A DNA stretch of 64,000 nucleotides, from NCBI GenBank assembly GCA_046598345.1, contig JBKJIT010000003.1:73023-137022 (forward strand), given 5' to 3'. Made by a program: the position numbers and the translations under genes. The DNA is from Minisyncoccia bacterium. GTDB lineage: Bacteria > Patescibacteriota > Minisyncoccia > Phycocordibacterales > UBA918. The notes below the pieces were generated by a model. The model was given only the letters and a program-made list of their open reading frames with translations, ran no database searches and was not told the DNA's origin. Below are positions 1 to 8,374 of this stretch, in pieces (positions within the stretch are counted from its first letter, which is position 1; every line of letters starts with the position of its first letter).

Positions 1-132
1 GACTTACATCCGGATTTTTTGTTATTTCTTCTTATCCTTCTTTGGTTTCTTTTTTTCTTTTTTATGGGTTACTCGTTCTGCCATATGTTACTTGTGACAC
101 ACTAATATATAAGTACTCTAACATATGAGGGC

Positions 133-1737
133 GTGACACGGGGTTACCTTGCACTGGAAAACTTTGATAGTATGGCCTATATGAATACATCTTTTCGCTC
201 ATGGCTCTATCTCACCGTGTTTGTGACGGGAGCCGCAGTCCTTATTGTTGAAGTTGCTGCAGTACGCGTACTTTCTCCGTACTATGGCTCTTCCCTCTAC
301 GTATTTTCGAGTGTGCTTACGGTGATCTTGGGTGCCTTAAGTGCAGGCTACTACGTAGGAGGAAGGATATCGGATCGACTCCCCCGCCATGAGCCACTCT
401 TCACCATTATCGGAGCAAGCGGCGTTGCGATACTTATCATGGAGTGGCTCGCGAAGTATATTCTTCCAGATGGAGCCAATCTTCTCACTTTTATATGGGG
501 TCCACTTGTCTTCGGTCTAGTACTCTTTTTTATTCCTGCCTTTCTCTTAGGTATTGTCTCGCCGTATGTAATTAAATTGCAGTCTCTTCATACGCCGGAA
601 GACAAAATCGGCGGTGTGGTCGGGGCAACTTTTTTCTGGGGAACATTGGGCAGTCTCACTGGAAGTCTCCTCACCGGTTTTGTGTTAATTCCGTTTCTCG
701 GTATCCATGTGAGTATTTTGGGCACAGGCACCACTCTTCTCTTCTTTGGGCTTGTGGTTAGCATACTACTCAGCCGGAATACAAACGAGACCGAGAAGCT
801 TTCATTCTTTGTAACCATTCATAGACACCGCGCGTATCTATTCCTCTTTGTGATTGCAGCGGTTATGATGTTTCTCTTCCGCACGGGGACGCTTGAGTCC
901 ACAAAGCAGGTGCTCTATGAAGCAGATGGGCTCTATAGCAGAATTCAGGTGTATGAACTTTCGCTTGGCCCAAACAGCGTTCGAGTCATGGAAAATGATA
1001 CAAATAATTCCTCTGCAACATATATGACGTCGTACGACCTCCTATTTGGGTATACGCAGTTTGCAGAATTCTATAAGGAATTGCTCCCTGGGTCAGAGCG
1101 GTTCCTGCTTATTGGTGGAGGCGCATACAGCATGCCGCGCACGCTCGTTCGGCGCGACAAGGATTTACTCGTTGATGTGGTGGAAATTGAACCTCGTCTT
1201 TTTACGCTTGCGCAGGAGTACTTTGATCTTTCCGATCTCTCACGAATTCAAAATTTCGCAATTGATGGACGAGTATTTTTAAATGAAAGCACGACGACAT
1301 ACGACATTATTTTTGCAGATGCCTTCGGGACCGATCTCAGTATTCCCTCTCACCTAGCGACTCGCGAGTTTTTTGAAAATGCGAAAGCCCACCTGAGTGA
1401 CGATGGTCTTTTTATGATGAATTACATTGGTAAAATAGATACGCCGAACCCTTCCCTTACTGGGTCTCTCTATAAAACTCTGACAAGCGTATTCCCGAAC
1501 ACAAAAGTGTTTGCGTTCAATCCCGAAAAGCCCGAGGTGCGGCAAAACATCATGTTCGTCTCAAGGAAGAGTGATATGGCAATCACAATCAATCCAAACA
1601 AAAAGGTTGTTGATATCACCCGCCCGCTCATAATTAAGGATATGGAAATTGAAGAAGACACGTTTCTTCTTGATGAAGAACTTACACTCACCGACGACAA
1701 AGCTCCCGTCGAATATTTGATGCTTAAGCAGTCGTAA
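133..1737 (+). CDS. Fused MFS-like membrane domain / spermidine synthase-like SAM-dependent transferase (start probably 172 or 181)
   Basis: Hydrophobic N-terminal TM helices, then LLIGGGAYS, VDVVEIEP, DGRVFL, YDIIFADAF and LTDDKAPVE motifs. Confidence 0.85.
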   Translation: MTRGYLALENFDSMAYMNTSFRSWLYLTVFVTGAAVLIVEVAAVRVLSPYYGSSLYVFSSVLTVILGALSAGYYVGGRISDRLPRHEPLFTIIGASGVAILIMEWLAKYILPDGANLLTFIWGPLVFGLVLFFIPAFLLGIVSPYVIKLQSLHTPEDKIGGVVGATFFWGTLGSLTGSLLTGFVLIPFLGIHVSILGTGTTLLFFGLVVSILLSRNTNETEKLSFFVTIHRHRAYLFLFVIAAVMMFLFRTGTLESTKQVLYEADGLYSRIQVYELSLGPNSVRVMENDTNNSSATYMTSYDLLFGYTQFAEFYKELLPGSERFLLIGGGAYSMPRTLVRRDKDLLVDVVEIEPRLFTLAQEYFDLSDLSRIQNFAIDGRVFLNESTTTYDIIFADAFGTDLSIPSHLATREFFENAKAHLSDDGLFMMNYIGKIDTPNPSLTGSLYKTLTSVFPNTKVFAFNPEKPEVRQNIMFVSRKSDMAITINPNKKVVDITRPLIIKDMEIEEDTFLLDEELTLTDDKAPVEYLMLKQS

Positions 1738-1745
1738 ACCCTTCA

Positions 1746-1773
1746 TTGACAGACCGTTCCTGAGTGGTAGAGT
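1746..1773 (+). promoter_or_regulatory. sigma70-type promoter of hfq
   Basis: TTGACA-16 bp-TAGAGT with extended -10 TG; AAGGAG SD before GTG 1826. Confidence 0.65.
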
Positions 1774-1825
1774 GCGGTCACTCATAGCGCATGTTGCGCA
1801 GTGAAAAACAACTAAGGAGTTCTTC

Positions 1826-2071
1826 GTGTCACAAAAGCATACAACGTTGCAAGACCCATTCCTCAACCAGCTTCGCAAAGAGCACATGCAAGTGTCGATT
1901 TATCTCGTAAATGGCATCAAGCTGCAGGGCCAAATCGAATCGTTCGACCAGTACGTAATTTTGCTCAAGAACACTGTGACTCAGATGGTCTACAAGCATG
2001 CGATCTCTACAGTGGTTCCCGCGAGGACAATTTCCATTCAGCGAGATGAGGGGAACGAGCCTCCAAGTTGA
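1826..2071 (+). CDS. hfq: RNA chaperone Hfq (proteobacterial type)
   Basis: [54 protein letters not shown]. Confidence 0.97.
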   Translation: MSQKHTTLQDPFLNQLRKEHMQVSIYLVNGIKLQGQIESFDQYVILLKNTVTQMVYKHAISTVVPARTISIQRDEGNEPPS

Positions 2072-2094
2072 TTGTTCTCTTAAGGAGAGTCCAT

Positions 2095-2123
2095 CCGGCG
2101 CAGTTTCACGCGCCGGTTTTTTT
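2095..2123 (+). terminator. Intrinsic terminator of hfq
   Basis: CCGGCG...CGCCGG followed by T7. Confidence 0.8.
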
Positions 2124-2153
2124 ATTCTTCTTTATATTTGATACACTATCAAA

Positions 2154-2951
2154 ATGAAAATATTCTCGTGGAATGTGAATGGAATACGTGCTGTGCATAA
2201 AAAGGGGCTTTTTGTTCCGTTTATAGAAAAATATAATCCTGATATCCTTTGCCTCCAGGAGACAAAAGCAATGCAGGAACAATCAGTGATTGATCTCCCC
2301 GAGTACGACGAATACTGGAACTCAGCTCTGAAAAAAGGCTACTCGGGCACCGCTATTTTCACCAAAGTTGCTCCAGAGGAGGTTATTTTAGGAATTCCCG
2401 AGAAAATCTGTGCGAAATACAACCTCACAGACTCCTATGGAGATACCACCAAAGAAGGCCGGGTTATTACAATGGAATTTGAGAACTTCTTTGTAAGTAC
2501 GGTCTATACCCCGAATGCTAAAGATGATCTTTCCCGCATTCCGATGCGTACAGCGTGGGATCCCGCCTACCTCGATTTTATGAATACTCTTCAGAAAAAG
2601 AAACCGGTAATTTTCTGTGGGGACTTAAACGTGGCGCACACAGAAGACGATCTTGCACGGCCGAAAGAAAACGAAGGTATGAAAGGATTTACAAAAGAAG
2701 AACGAAGCGGTATTGATGCACTGTTGAAGGCAGGCTTCGTGGATACCTTCAGAATGTTCACAAAAGGGAATGGCCATTATTCATGGTGGTCAAATTTCAA
2801 TGCGGCAAGAGAGCGGAATGTTGGGTGGAGAATAGACTACATGATGGCCTCTAAATCACTCTCTCCAATTATAAAAAAAGCACTGATTCATGCTGAAGTG
2901 TATGGTAGCGACCACTGCCCTGTTTCAATTGATATTGATCTCGAAATGTAA
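2154..2951 (+). CDS. xth: Exodeoxyribonuclease III / AP endonuclease
   Basis: SWNVNGIRA, LCLQETK, GDLNVAH, GWRIDY, GSDHCPV. Confidence 0.95.
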   Translation: MKIFSWNVNGIRAVHKKGLFVPFIEKYNPDILCLQETKAMQEQSVIDLPEYDEYWNSALKKGYSGTAIFTKVAPEEVILGIPEKICAKYNLTDSYGDTTKEGRVITMEFENFFVSTVYTPNAKDDLSRIPMRTAWDPAYLDFMNTLQKKKPVIFCGDLNVAHTEDDLARPKENEGMKGFTKEERSGIDALLKAGFVDTFRMFTKGNGHYSWWSNFNAARERNVGWRIDYMMASKSLSPIIKKALIHAEVYGSDHCPVSIDIDLEM

Positions 2952-2971
2952 AAACTGGCTTAAAATAAACA

Positions 2972-3013
2972 CAAAATAGTGCATGTCCTTTTTAAAGGAC
3001 ATGCACTATTTTG
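2972..3013. terminator. Long palindrome (bidirectional terminator or operator) after xth
   Basis: caaaatagtgcatgtccttt-tt-aaaggacatgcactattttg. Confidence 0.6.
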
Positions 3014-3074
3014 ATATCCACAGTTATGCACAGGTATGTCCTTTACACGTAATTCTAAAGGACATACCATAGTG

Positions 3075-3378
3075 TCAGGCCCAGAAAGGGCGAGCAGGTT
3101 CTCTCCTCGGAGAGTAACCCCTTAAAGAGATCATTATAAAATTGAGTTAATACCTCCAAAATAAACTCTAAGTACATCACGGTGAAGATCGTTAGAACCA
3201 TGCATAATGGTTCATGCAAGAATCACCAAAAAACAAGAGTCGCAAGAACGGGTACGGAGCACCTATAACTCCACCCTTAGGGACTCCGTCCCAGACGACT
3301 CAAAACCACCCCACAAACAAGGCCTGACGGATCGGCCGATGAGCACACGCTCACCTATCGATCCCTCAGGCCTTTTTT
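3075..3378 (+). ncRNA. Candidate ~300-nt structured ncRNA of unknown family
   Basis: TTTACA-17-TACCAT promoter (3042-3070), successive nested stems, terminal stem AAGGCCTGA..TCAGGCCTT plus T-tract; no credible ORF. Confidence 0.55.
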
Positions 3379-3527
3379 ATTATTCAGCCTTCAAAACTGG
3401 CAAATTTCATCCACAAAATTTCAACCTTCCTTCTCACCGTATGTTTAATACGTTTCGCAGGAAGGTTTTATTTTGTCGCGAACTTCACTCGGTTTTGAAG
3501 GCTGAATTCCCTATATTGGACATTCAC

Positions 3528-5000
3528 TTAGCAGCAAGCACCGTGTTTTTTTTGCAATTCCTGTATTGCCATAGTCTCCTCTTCATCTCGCTTCTGTTTC
3601 CCTGCTTCTCCAAGCTGAATAAGGGCTTCAAGCGGTAATGCCATTAGCTCCACTGCCCTTTTTTCCATATATTCCTCTGTGTTTTTTCCTGGATCCTCCA
3701 AAACCTCTTCTAAGAGTGCATGGAGGGTGTGTCCGAGTTTAGGTCCGGGTTTCTCCCCAGATAATTCCATGATACGCGAACCATCAATCTTGAGCATTTT
3801 GACGGAGATAGGGTCGCGGAGAGCCTGCTCTACCATGGCGGTGTACTTCCGGAGACGAAGTGGCTGCTCTTTCGGCCTTCCTGTCCCAATTCGATCACAG
3901 CGCCTGAGTTGAAGGAGTTCCCATATGTGCTCTTCTCCCACATTTGCAATTGTCCGTCGAACTGCTGAGAGTGTGACTTGATCGGGGTCGCTAAAAAACA
4001 TGTGCCACCGGACGAGCTTCACCACTTTTTCAATGGTTTCACGTGGAAACTTGAGGTCCTGAAGTGCTTTTTTCGTGACCCGTGCCCCTACGACCTCATG
4101 TCCATGGAACGTCCAATCCTTCTTTTCATCAGACCATCGCCTTGTCTCGGGTTTTGAGACATCGTGAAACAATCCCGCCAACCGAACGTCGAAATGCCAG
4201 TCTTTGTCAGCGGCATGTTGCATGGTGCGAAGTAAATGCTCGTATACGTCAAACGCATGAGCCTGATTTTGCTCAATTCCAATTCCCCGCAGCAGATCTG
4301 GGGCTATATGCTTGAGTAAACCTAATTTCTCGAGGAAGATGATCCCCTGCATAGGGTGTTTTGAGCTTAGAATACGGCTAAATTCGTCGCGAATGCGCTC
4401 TTTTGATATCCGAGCTAAGTTATCACCCACTGCGGCAATGGCTGTAAGCGTATCCCCTTCTATAACGAAGTCTAATTCGACGGCGAGCCGCACAGCACGC
4501 ATCATACGGAGTGCATCTTCACTGAAGCGCTCTGCTGCATTCCCTACCGCTCTGATCCTTTTATCTTGAATATCGCGTATTCCTTCGAAGAGATCCACTG
4601 TTTTTTCCCCCTCCAACCTAAAAGCAATGGCGTTCACCGTAAAGTCTCGTCGTTTCAGGTCTTCTTCGAGGGACACACCAAATTCTACTGAGTCAGGGCG
4701 TCGGGCATCAGAATATACCGATTCGGTTCGGTATGGGGTCACTTCCACCACTTTCAAGGCTGGATTTTCTGTTTCTGACACTACGCCTACTGTGCCGAAG
4801 TCATTATTGAGGTATGTTTCCGGAAACAAGGAGACAATTTCTGTAGGATGCGCGTTTGTCGTTATATCCCAATCCTTTGGCTCCTTACCAATAAGAAGAT
4901 CTCGCACACACCCTCCAACTAGGTAGGCTTCATATCCCCCTTTCTCTAGGGTATCCGCAATATGTTGCACTTCTTTTGGTATATCACTCCGGACAATCAT
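3528..5000 (-). CDS. cca: CCA tRNA nucleotidyltransferase with HD domain (ATG at 5000; the longer ORF overlaps a tRNA)
   Basis: YLVGGCVRDLL, KDWDITT, RRDFTVNAIA, EDALRMMRAVR, LFHD. Confidence 0.92.
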   Translation of the reverse strand: MIVRSDIPKEVQHIADTLEKGGYEAYLVGGCVRDLLIGKEPKDWDITTNAHPTEIVSLFPETYLNNDFGTVGVVSETENPALKVVEVTPYRTESVYSDARRPDSVEFGVSLEEDLKRRDFTVNAIAFRLEGEKTVDLFEGIRDIQDKRIRAVGNAAERFSEDALRMMRAVRLAVELDFVIEGDTLTAIAAVGDNLARISKERIRDEFSRILSSKHPMQGIIFLEKLGLLKHIAPDLLRGIGIEQNQAHAFDVYEHLLRTMQHAADKDWHFDVRLAGLFHDVSKPETRRWSDEKKDWTFHGHEVVGARVTKKALQDLKFPRETIEKVVKLVRWHMFFSDPDQVTLSAVRRTIANVGEEHIWELLQLRRCDRIGTGRPKEQPLRLRKYTAMVEQALRDPISVKMLKIDGSRIMELSGEKPGPKLGHTLHALLEEVLEDPGKNTEEYMEKRAVELMALPLEALIQLGEAGKQKRDEEETMAIQELQKKHGACC

Positions 5001-5077
5001 GCTACCGATTGTAGCAGACTTTTCATACTTTTTCGTTGCAAATTCTAGCTTTAAAACGTATGATACGTCGACATTTT

Positions 5078-5149
5078 GCACCCATAGTGAAATGGATATC
5101 ATTTTTGACTTCGGATCAAACGTTCCAGGTTCGAGTCCTGGTGGGTGCA
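5078..5149 (+). tRNA. tRNA-Arg(TCG), CCA not encoded
   Basis: GCACCCA/TGGGTGC acceptor, TTTGA-CT TCG GA-TCAAA anticodon arm, TTCGAGT T-loop. Confidence 0.93.
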
Positions 5150-5230
5150 CACGAGCAAAACAAAACCAGCATTCTCAGGAATGCTGGTTTTGTTTTAGAG
5201 ACAGAAAGACTTCTGTCTCGGCTCGTGTGC

Positions 5231-5322
5231 AAGACGGAGCGTTATTTTCTTTCCTCACAGAAAGAAAATCGCGAGTCAGGGCAGGAGGTTCTTAGTGAGC
5301 AAAGCGAACTTAGAAACCTGCG
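5231..5322 (+). repeat. Structured intergenic repeat family 2, copy 1
   Basis: CGGAGCGTT..hairpin..CGCGAGTCAGGGCAGGAGGTT..GAGCAAAGCGA..AAACCTGCG; matches 14393-14527(-) and 11451-11508. Confidence 0.7.
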
Positions 5323-5407
5323 CCACCAAGTGCAAGGCGTAGTAATGTTTTTTAACTACATTGCCTTCCCCTCTCCCCCATACTATAATCTCTTCACAAT
5401 TTGAATT

Positions 5408-5478
5408 GCGGCCATGGTTAAATGGTATAACGAGTCCTTGCCAAGGATTAGTTGGGAGTTCGATTCTCCCTGGCCGCA
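5408..5478 (+). tRNA. tRNA-Gly(GCC), CCA not encoded
   Basis: GCGGCCA/TGGCCGC acceptor, AGTCC-TT GCC AA-GGATT anticodon arm. Confidence 0.95.
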
Positions 5479-5527
5479 CTAGGATAAGAAAAACTGGGCC
5501 TCGTGCCCGGTTTTTCGTATCCTTGCT

Positions 5528-5622
5528 GGAGAATCGAAAAGGTTGTCGATAATTCCGACTACAAGGAAGAAAGTATCATACAACCTGAACAGGTCCTGCA
5601 AGGACCGGCTCTCCCTGGGCGC
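5528..5622 (+). repeat. Structured repeat family 1 (TGYAA-loop junction), copy A
   Basis: GGAGAATCG-AAA-AGGTTG..CAACCT-GAACAG-GTCC TGCAA GGAC-CGGCTCTCC. Confidence 0.7.
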
Positions 5623-5784
5623 CAAAATTAAAAACAACCACATCCAGACACAACTGTTGAAAACTGGGGAGAAGTAAGTTGATATGTGTATAAAGGACAA
5701 TTTGTAAAAGTCGTGTTGTCCTTAATATATGGCGTATAGACTTGATATGATAAGGTTTACTCTAGTTTTTAATGCTTGAATAGG

Positions 5785-6245
5785 TGTTTCACGTGGAACG
5801 TGTTTCCCATGAAACATATGTAGTAAGGTATATCCATGGCTATACATAATACTATTGGAAGACTCGGGGAAGATTTGGCTGCCGACTGGCTCCGAAGGAA
5901 GGGTTTTACCATTGTTTCATGCAATTACAGACAAAAGTGGGGGGAGATTGATATTATCGCTAAAATGGATGGGCGTACTCACTTTTGTGAAGTGAAGACC
6001 GTTTCATATGAAACCATGTCTTTACTCGAGTATGCTGTTTCACATGGAACTTGGAGACCAGAGGAAAAGGTTGATTCGTATAAGCTTAAAAAATTCGCGA
6101 GAACAGTGGAAACTTGGCTTTCTGAAAATAAATACTTAGGTTCTTGGCAGATTGATGTTATTGCAGTGCGAATGGTTCCACGTGAAAAGCACGCAAGAAT
6201 AACAATAATCGAAAACGTGATTATTGAATGATTCCACGTGAAACA
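5785..6245. promoter_or_regulatory. Cluster of six parS-like palindromes
   Basis: Matches to TGTTTCACGTGAAACA at 5785, 5801, 6000, 6036, 6174 and 6230 (a further one at 4035). Confidence 0.8.
5836..6231 (+). CDS. YraN family (UPF0102) putative endonuclease
   Basis: GRLGEDLAADWL..KG..I...NYR.KWGEIDIIA..FCEVKT. Confidence 0.9.
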   Translation: MAIHNTIGRLGEDLAADWLRRKGFTIVSCNYRQKWGEIDIIAKMDGRTHFCEVKTVSYETMSLLEYAVSHGTWRPEEKVDSYKLKKFARTVETWLSENKYLGSWQIDVIAVRMVPREKHARITIIENVIIE

Positions 6246-6246
6246 T

Positions 6247-6867
6247 CTATTTCTGAAGCAATTTCTGAATATCTTCGATAATTTCAGGGAATGTGGGTGA
6301 ATTGAAGTGTCCTCTGTCCTTAAATAAGATATATTCAGCTTTTGGTAGGGCTATGTGATACTTTTCTCCATGTGAATAGGGAACGCAGTCATCGTCTTTT
6401 GAGTGATAAATAACGATGTTTTCGGTGTTCTTGTAGATATCTACAAGCTTAGAGGGGTCAGGGTTAAAATCCCCACCGTCCTCGCCACCGAAATTATCTG
6501 GCTCAAAGGGTGCTGCAACGAGATACAGTTTCCGAATAGGGAAAGGCGTTTGGTTTTCTGAAAGGTATTTTGCAAGAAAATACGCCCCCTGTGAGTGTCC
6601 TATAAGGATTATTTCCCCATTTATTAGCTCAAAATAACGCTCGAACCAGATTTTCCATTCGATATAGCGCGCGTTTTGTGTGTTGGGCATGGATGGATAA
6701 AAGACATCACACGTTGACCCAAATTCTTCTCTCAGTGTTTCTTTCCATTTTTTTCGCTTCAAAATACCAAAAAAATCATCAATTGGCTCTGTTCTTAGGT
6801 TTTCTAAGAACATTTCATAGTTTCGGTACGCTGTGCCTCCATGGATGTAGACGATTTGAGTTTTCAT
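6247..6867 (-). CDS. Alpha/beta hydrolase (RBBP9/YdeN-like)
   Basis: IHGG, GHSQG nucleophile elbow, HSKDD, GHF. Confidence 0.85.
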   Translation of the reverse strand: MKTQIVYIHGGTAYRNYEMFLENLRTEPIDDFFGILKRKKWKETLREEFGSTCDVFYPSMPNTQNARYIEWKIWFERYFELINGEIILIGHSQGAYFLAKYLSENQTPFPIRKLYLVAAPFEPDNFGGEDGGDFNPDPSKLVDIYKNTENIVIYHSKDDDCVPYSHGEKYHIALPKAEYILFKDRGHFNSPTFPEIIEDIQKLLQK

Positions 6868-6974
6868 CTAACCATAATACGAAACAATCCTGACTTTGTC
6901 AGGATTGTTTCGTATTCTGATTGAGAGTGGACTCTTTCATTTTAGTGTCTTCGTCCTGATATGGGTCGGGGAGC

Positions 6975-7054
6975 AGGGAATCTTTCCTTACATTAACAGT
7001 CTAGGTTGTATGACCATTTCTTTCAGAAATGTTCGACAACCTTTTCGATTCCCT
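6975..7054 (-). repeat. Structured repeat family 1, copy H (closing stem copies the tRNA-Pro T-arm/3' end)
   Basis: Minus strand AGGGAATCG-AAA-AGGTTG..CAACCT-AGACTG-TTAA TGTAA GGAA-AGATTCCCTGCTCCCCGACCCA. Confidence 0.7.
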
Positions 7055-7174
7055 TGCGACAATAACAATAAAGACCGGCATAAGCCGGCCATTATTGTTA
7101 TTGTCGGGGAGATCGGGTGAGAAAGTACGGGGTACTTTCGCAAGAGCCTGACCACACCTTTCTTCGAAAGCCAC

Positions 7175-7275
7175 AACAATTTTCTTACAGAAACTGTCTA
7201 CTTACATGATTTTGTTCATACTATTCACAAAATCGTTGTAAGTCTTGCGTTGCAAAGCAACTCACCCAGATTGTT
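7175..7275 (-). repeat. Structured repeat family 1, copy F
   Basis: Minus strand GGTGA-hairpin-GCAAG-ACTTACA..TGTAAGT-AGACAG-TTTC TGTAA GAAA. Confidence 0.7.
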
Positions 7276-7307
7276 GGTTCATTTTGGTGTCTTTGTCCTA
7301 ACCTGGG

Positions 7308-7378
7308 TCGGGGAGCAGGGAATCGAACCCTGACCACACGGTCCCAAACCGCGTACACTACCACTATGCTACACCCCG
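7308..7378 (-). tRNA. tRNA-Pro(TGG), CCA not encoded
   Basis: CGGGGTG/CTCCCCG acceptor (one mismatch), CGCGG-TT TGG GA-CCGTG anticodon arm, TTCGATT T-loop. Confidence 0.92.
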
Positions 7379-7422
7379 ACCCAAACTGGGACGAGATCTA
7401 GAACCAAGACACCAAAATGAAC

Positions 7423-7458
7423 CCCAAACCGCGTACACTACCACTATGCTACACCCCG
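7423..7458 (-). pseudogene. Exact duplicate of the 5' half of tRNA-Pro
   Basis: 36 nt identical to 7343-7378, ending just after the anticodon. Confidence 0.75.
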
Positions 7459-7774
7459 ATGTAGCGAGAGAAGTCGCAAAGTAAAGGCATTTTTACCGGA
7501 ATGTCTGAAAATAAAGCTTGTTTAATTTTCAGACATTCCGGTAAAAATGAGCATGTTCAGCATGCGCACTTTGCGATTTCCGAGCGAAGAAGGGTTGTAT
7601 CGCAGATACACCCACACCCCTCTATTGGTCAAAAAGCGATTCTTCTTGACGGCGAAATAATACCATCGACTCACGAAATATGCGAATCGGTGCCAGAGGC
7701 CTTGACATGAGCACTGTCATATTTCACTGAAAGAAGTCGGCTTTTTAACCGTCTTCGATTATAATGGTTTCCAC

Positions 7775-8371
7775 ATGGGCAGAGAACCAGAAAAACCACG
7801 TCGGAAACCGACAGGCGACCAAGAAGGAAGCCAAGAGGAGCGTTTTTTGAAAGCGTTTGATGAGTACGTAGACGCGCTCTATCGCCACTCGTCATTTCGG
7901 TTGGCTGATAAAGAACGATCTATTGAGCTCGTGCATGACACCTTCACCAAAGTGTGGGGATACATTCGTGCCGGGCATACCATTGATTCATACAAGCCCT
8001 TTTTGTATAAGGTGCTCAACAATCTTGTAATTGATGAGTATCGTCGTAAAAAGGATGTCTCTCTCGACTCGCTTCTTGCTGAAGAGGGGAAGAGTGAGAG
8101 TTCATTTGATGAGCTCCACGAGGGTTCGATCGAAGAAGTCGTCTTTGGACTTGATGCGAAGAAAGCGGTCGTACTTATCCATGAATTACCACACACGTAT
8201 CGTGAGGTGATCACACTCCGTTATATTGACGGCTTAGGTCCAAAAGAGATCAGCGTCCTCATCGAGGAGACCGAGAATGTTGTGTCGGTACGAATTCATC
8301 GAGCGCTCCGGTTACTTCGGGAACGGATCGAACTTTTGGAAGAAAAATCCAGACGAAAACGAAATGTATAG
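7775..8371 (+). CDS. ECF RNA polymerase sigma factor
   Basis: Region 2 (LVHDTFTKVW..FLYKVLNNLVIDEYR) and region 4 (LP..YREVITLRY..GL..KEIS......VSVRIHRA). Confidence 0.9.
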   Translation: MGREPEKPRRKPTGDQEGSQEERFLKAFDEYVDALYRHSSFRLADKERSIELVHDTFTKVWGYIRAGHTIDSYKPFLYKVLNNLVIDEYRRKKDVSLDSLLAEEGKSESSFDELHEGSIEEVVFGLDAKKAVVLIHELPHTYREVITLRYIDGLGPKEISVLIEETENVVSVRIHRALRLLRERIELLEEKSRRKRNV

Positions 8372-8374
8372 ACT

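Noticed and set aside
2952-3420. oriC
   Set aside because: Only two or three imperfect DnaA boxes, no clear DUE, and no dnaA/dnaN in the window; needs genome-wide skew.
3207-3638. 143-aa plus-strand ORF
   Set aside because: Runs through the hairpins and terminator and overlaps cca antisense; no protein features.
5001-5150. N-terminal extension of cca in the ORF track
   Set aside because: Antisense to tRNA-Arg; the real start is ATG 5000 after a TACAAT -10.
5528-5622. Family 1 motif as twister-sister or cobalamin riboswitch
   Set aside because: Only short words (GCAAG, TGYAA, CTGTAA) are shared; the junction topology and other conserved residues do not match.
6930-7460. CRISPR array or prophage att sites at the tRNA-Pro repeats
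   Set aside because: Repeats are tRNA fragments without regular spacers; no cas or integrase gene; the enclosed DNA is only ~300 bp.
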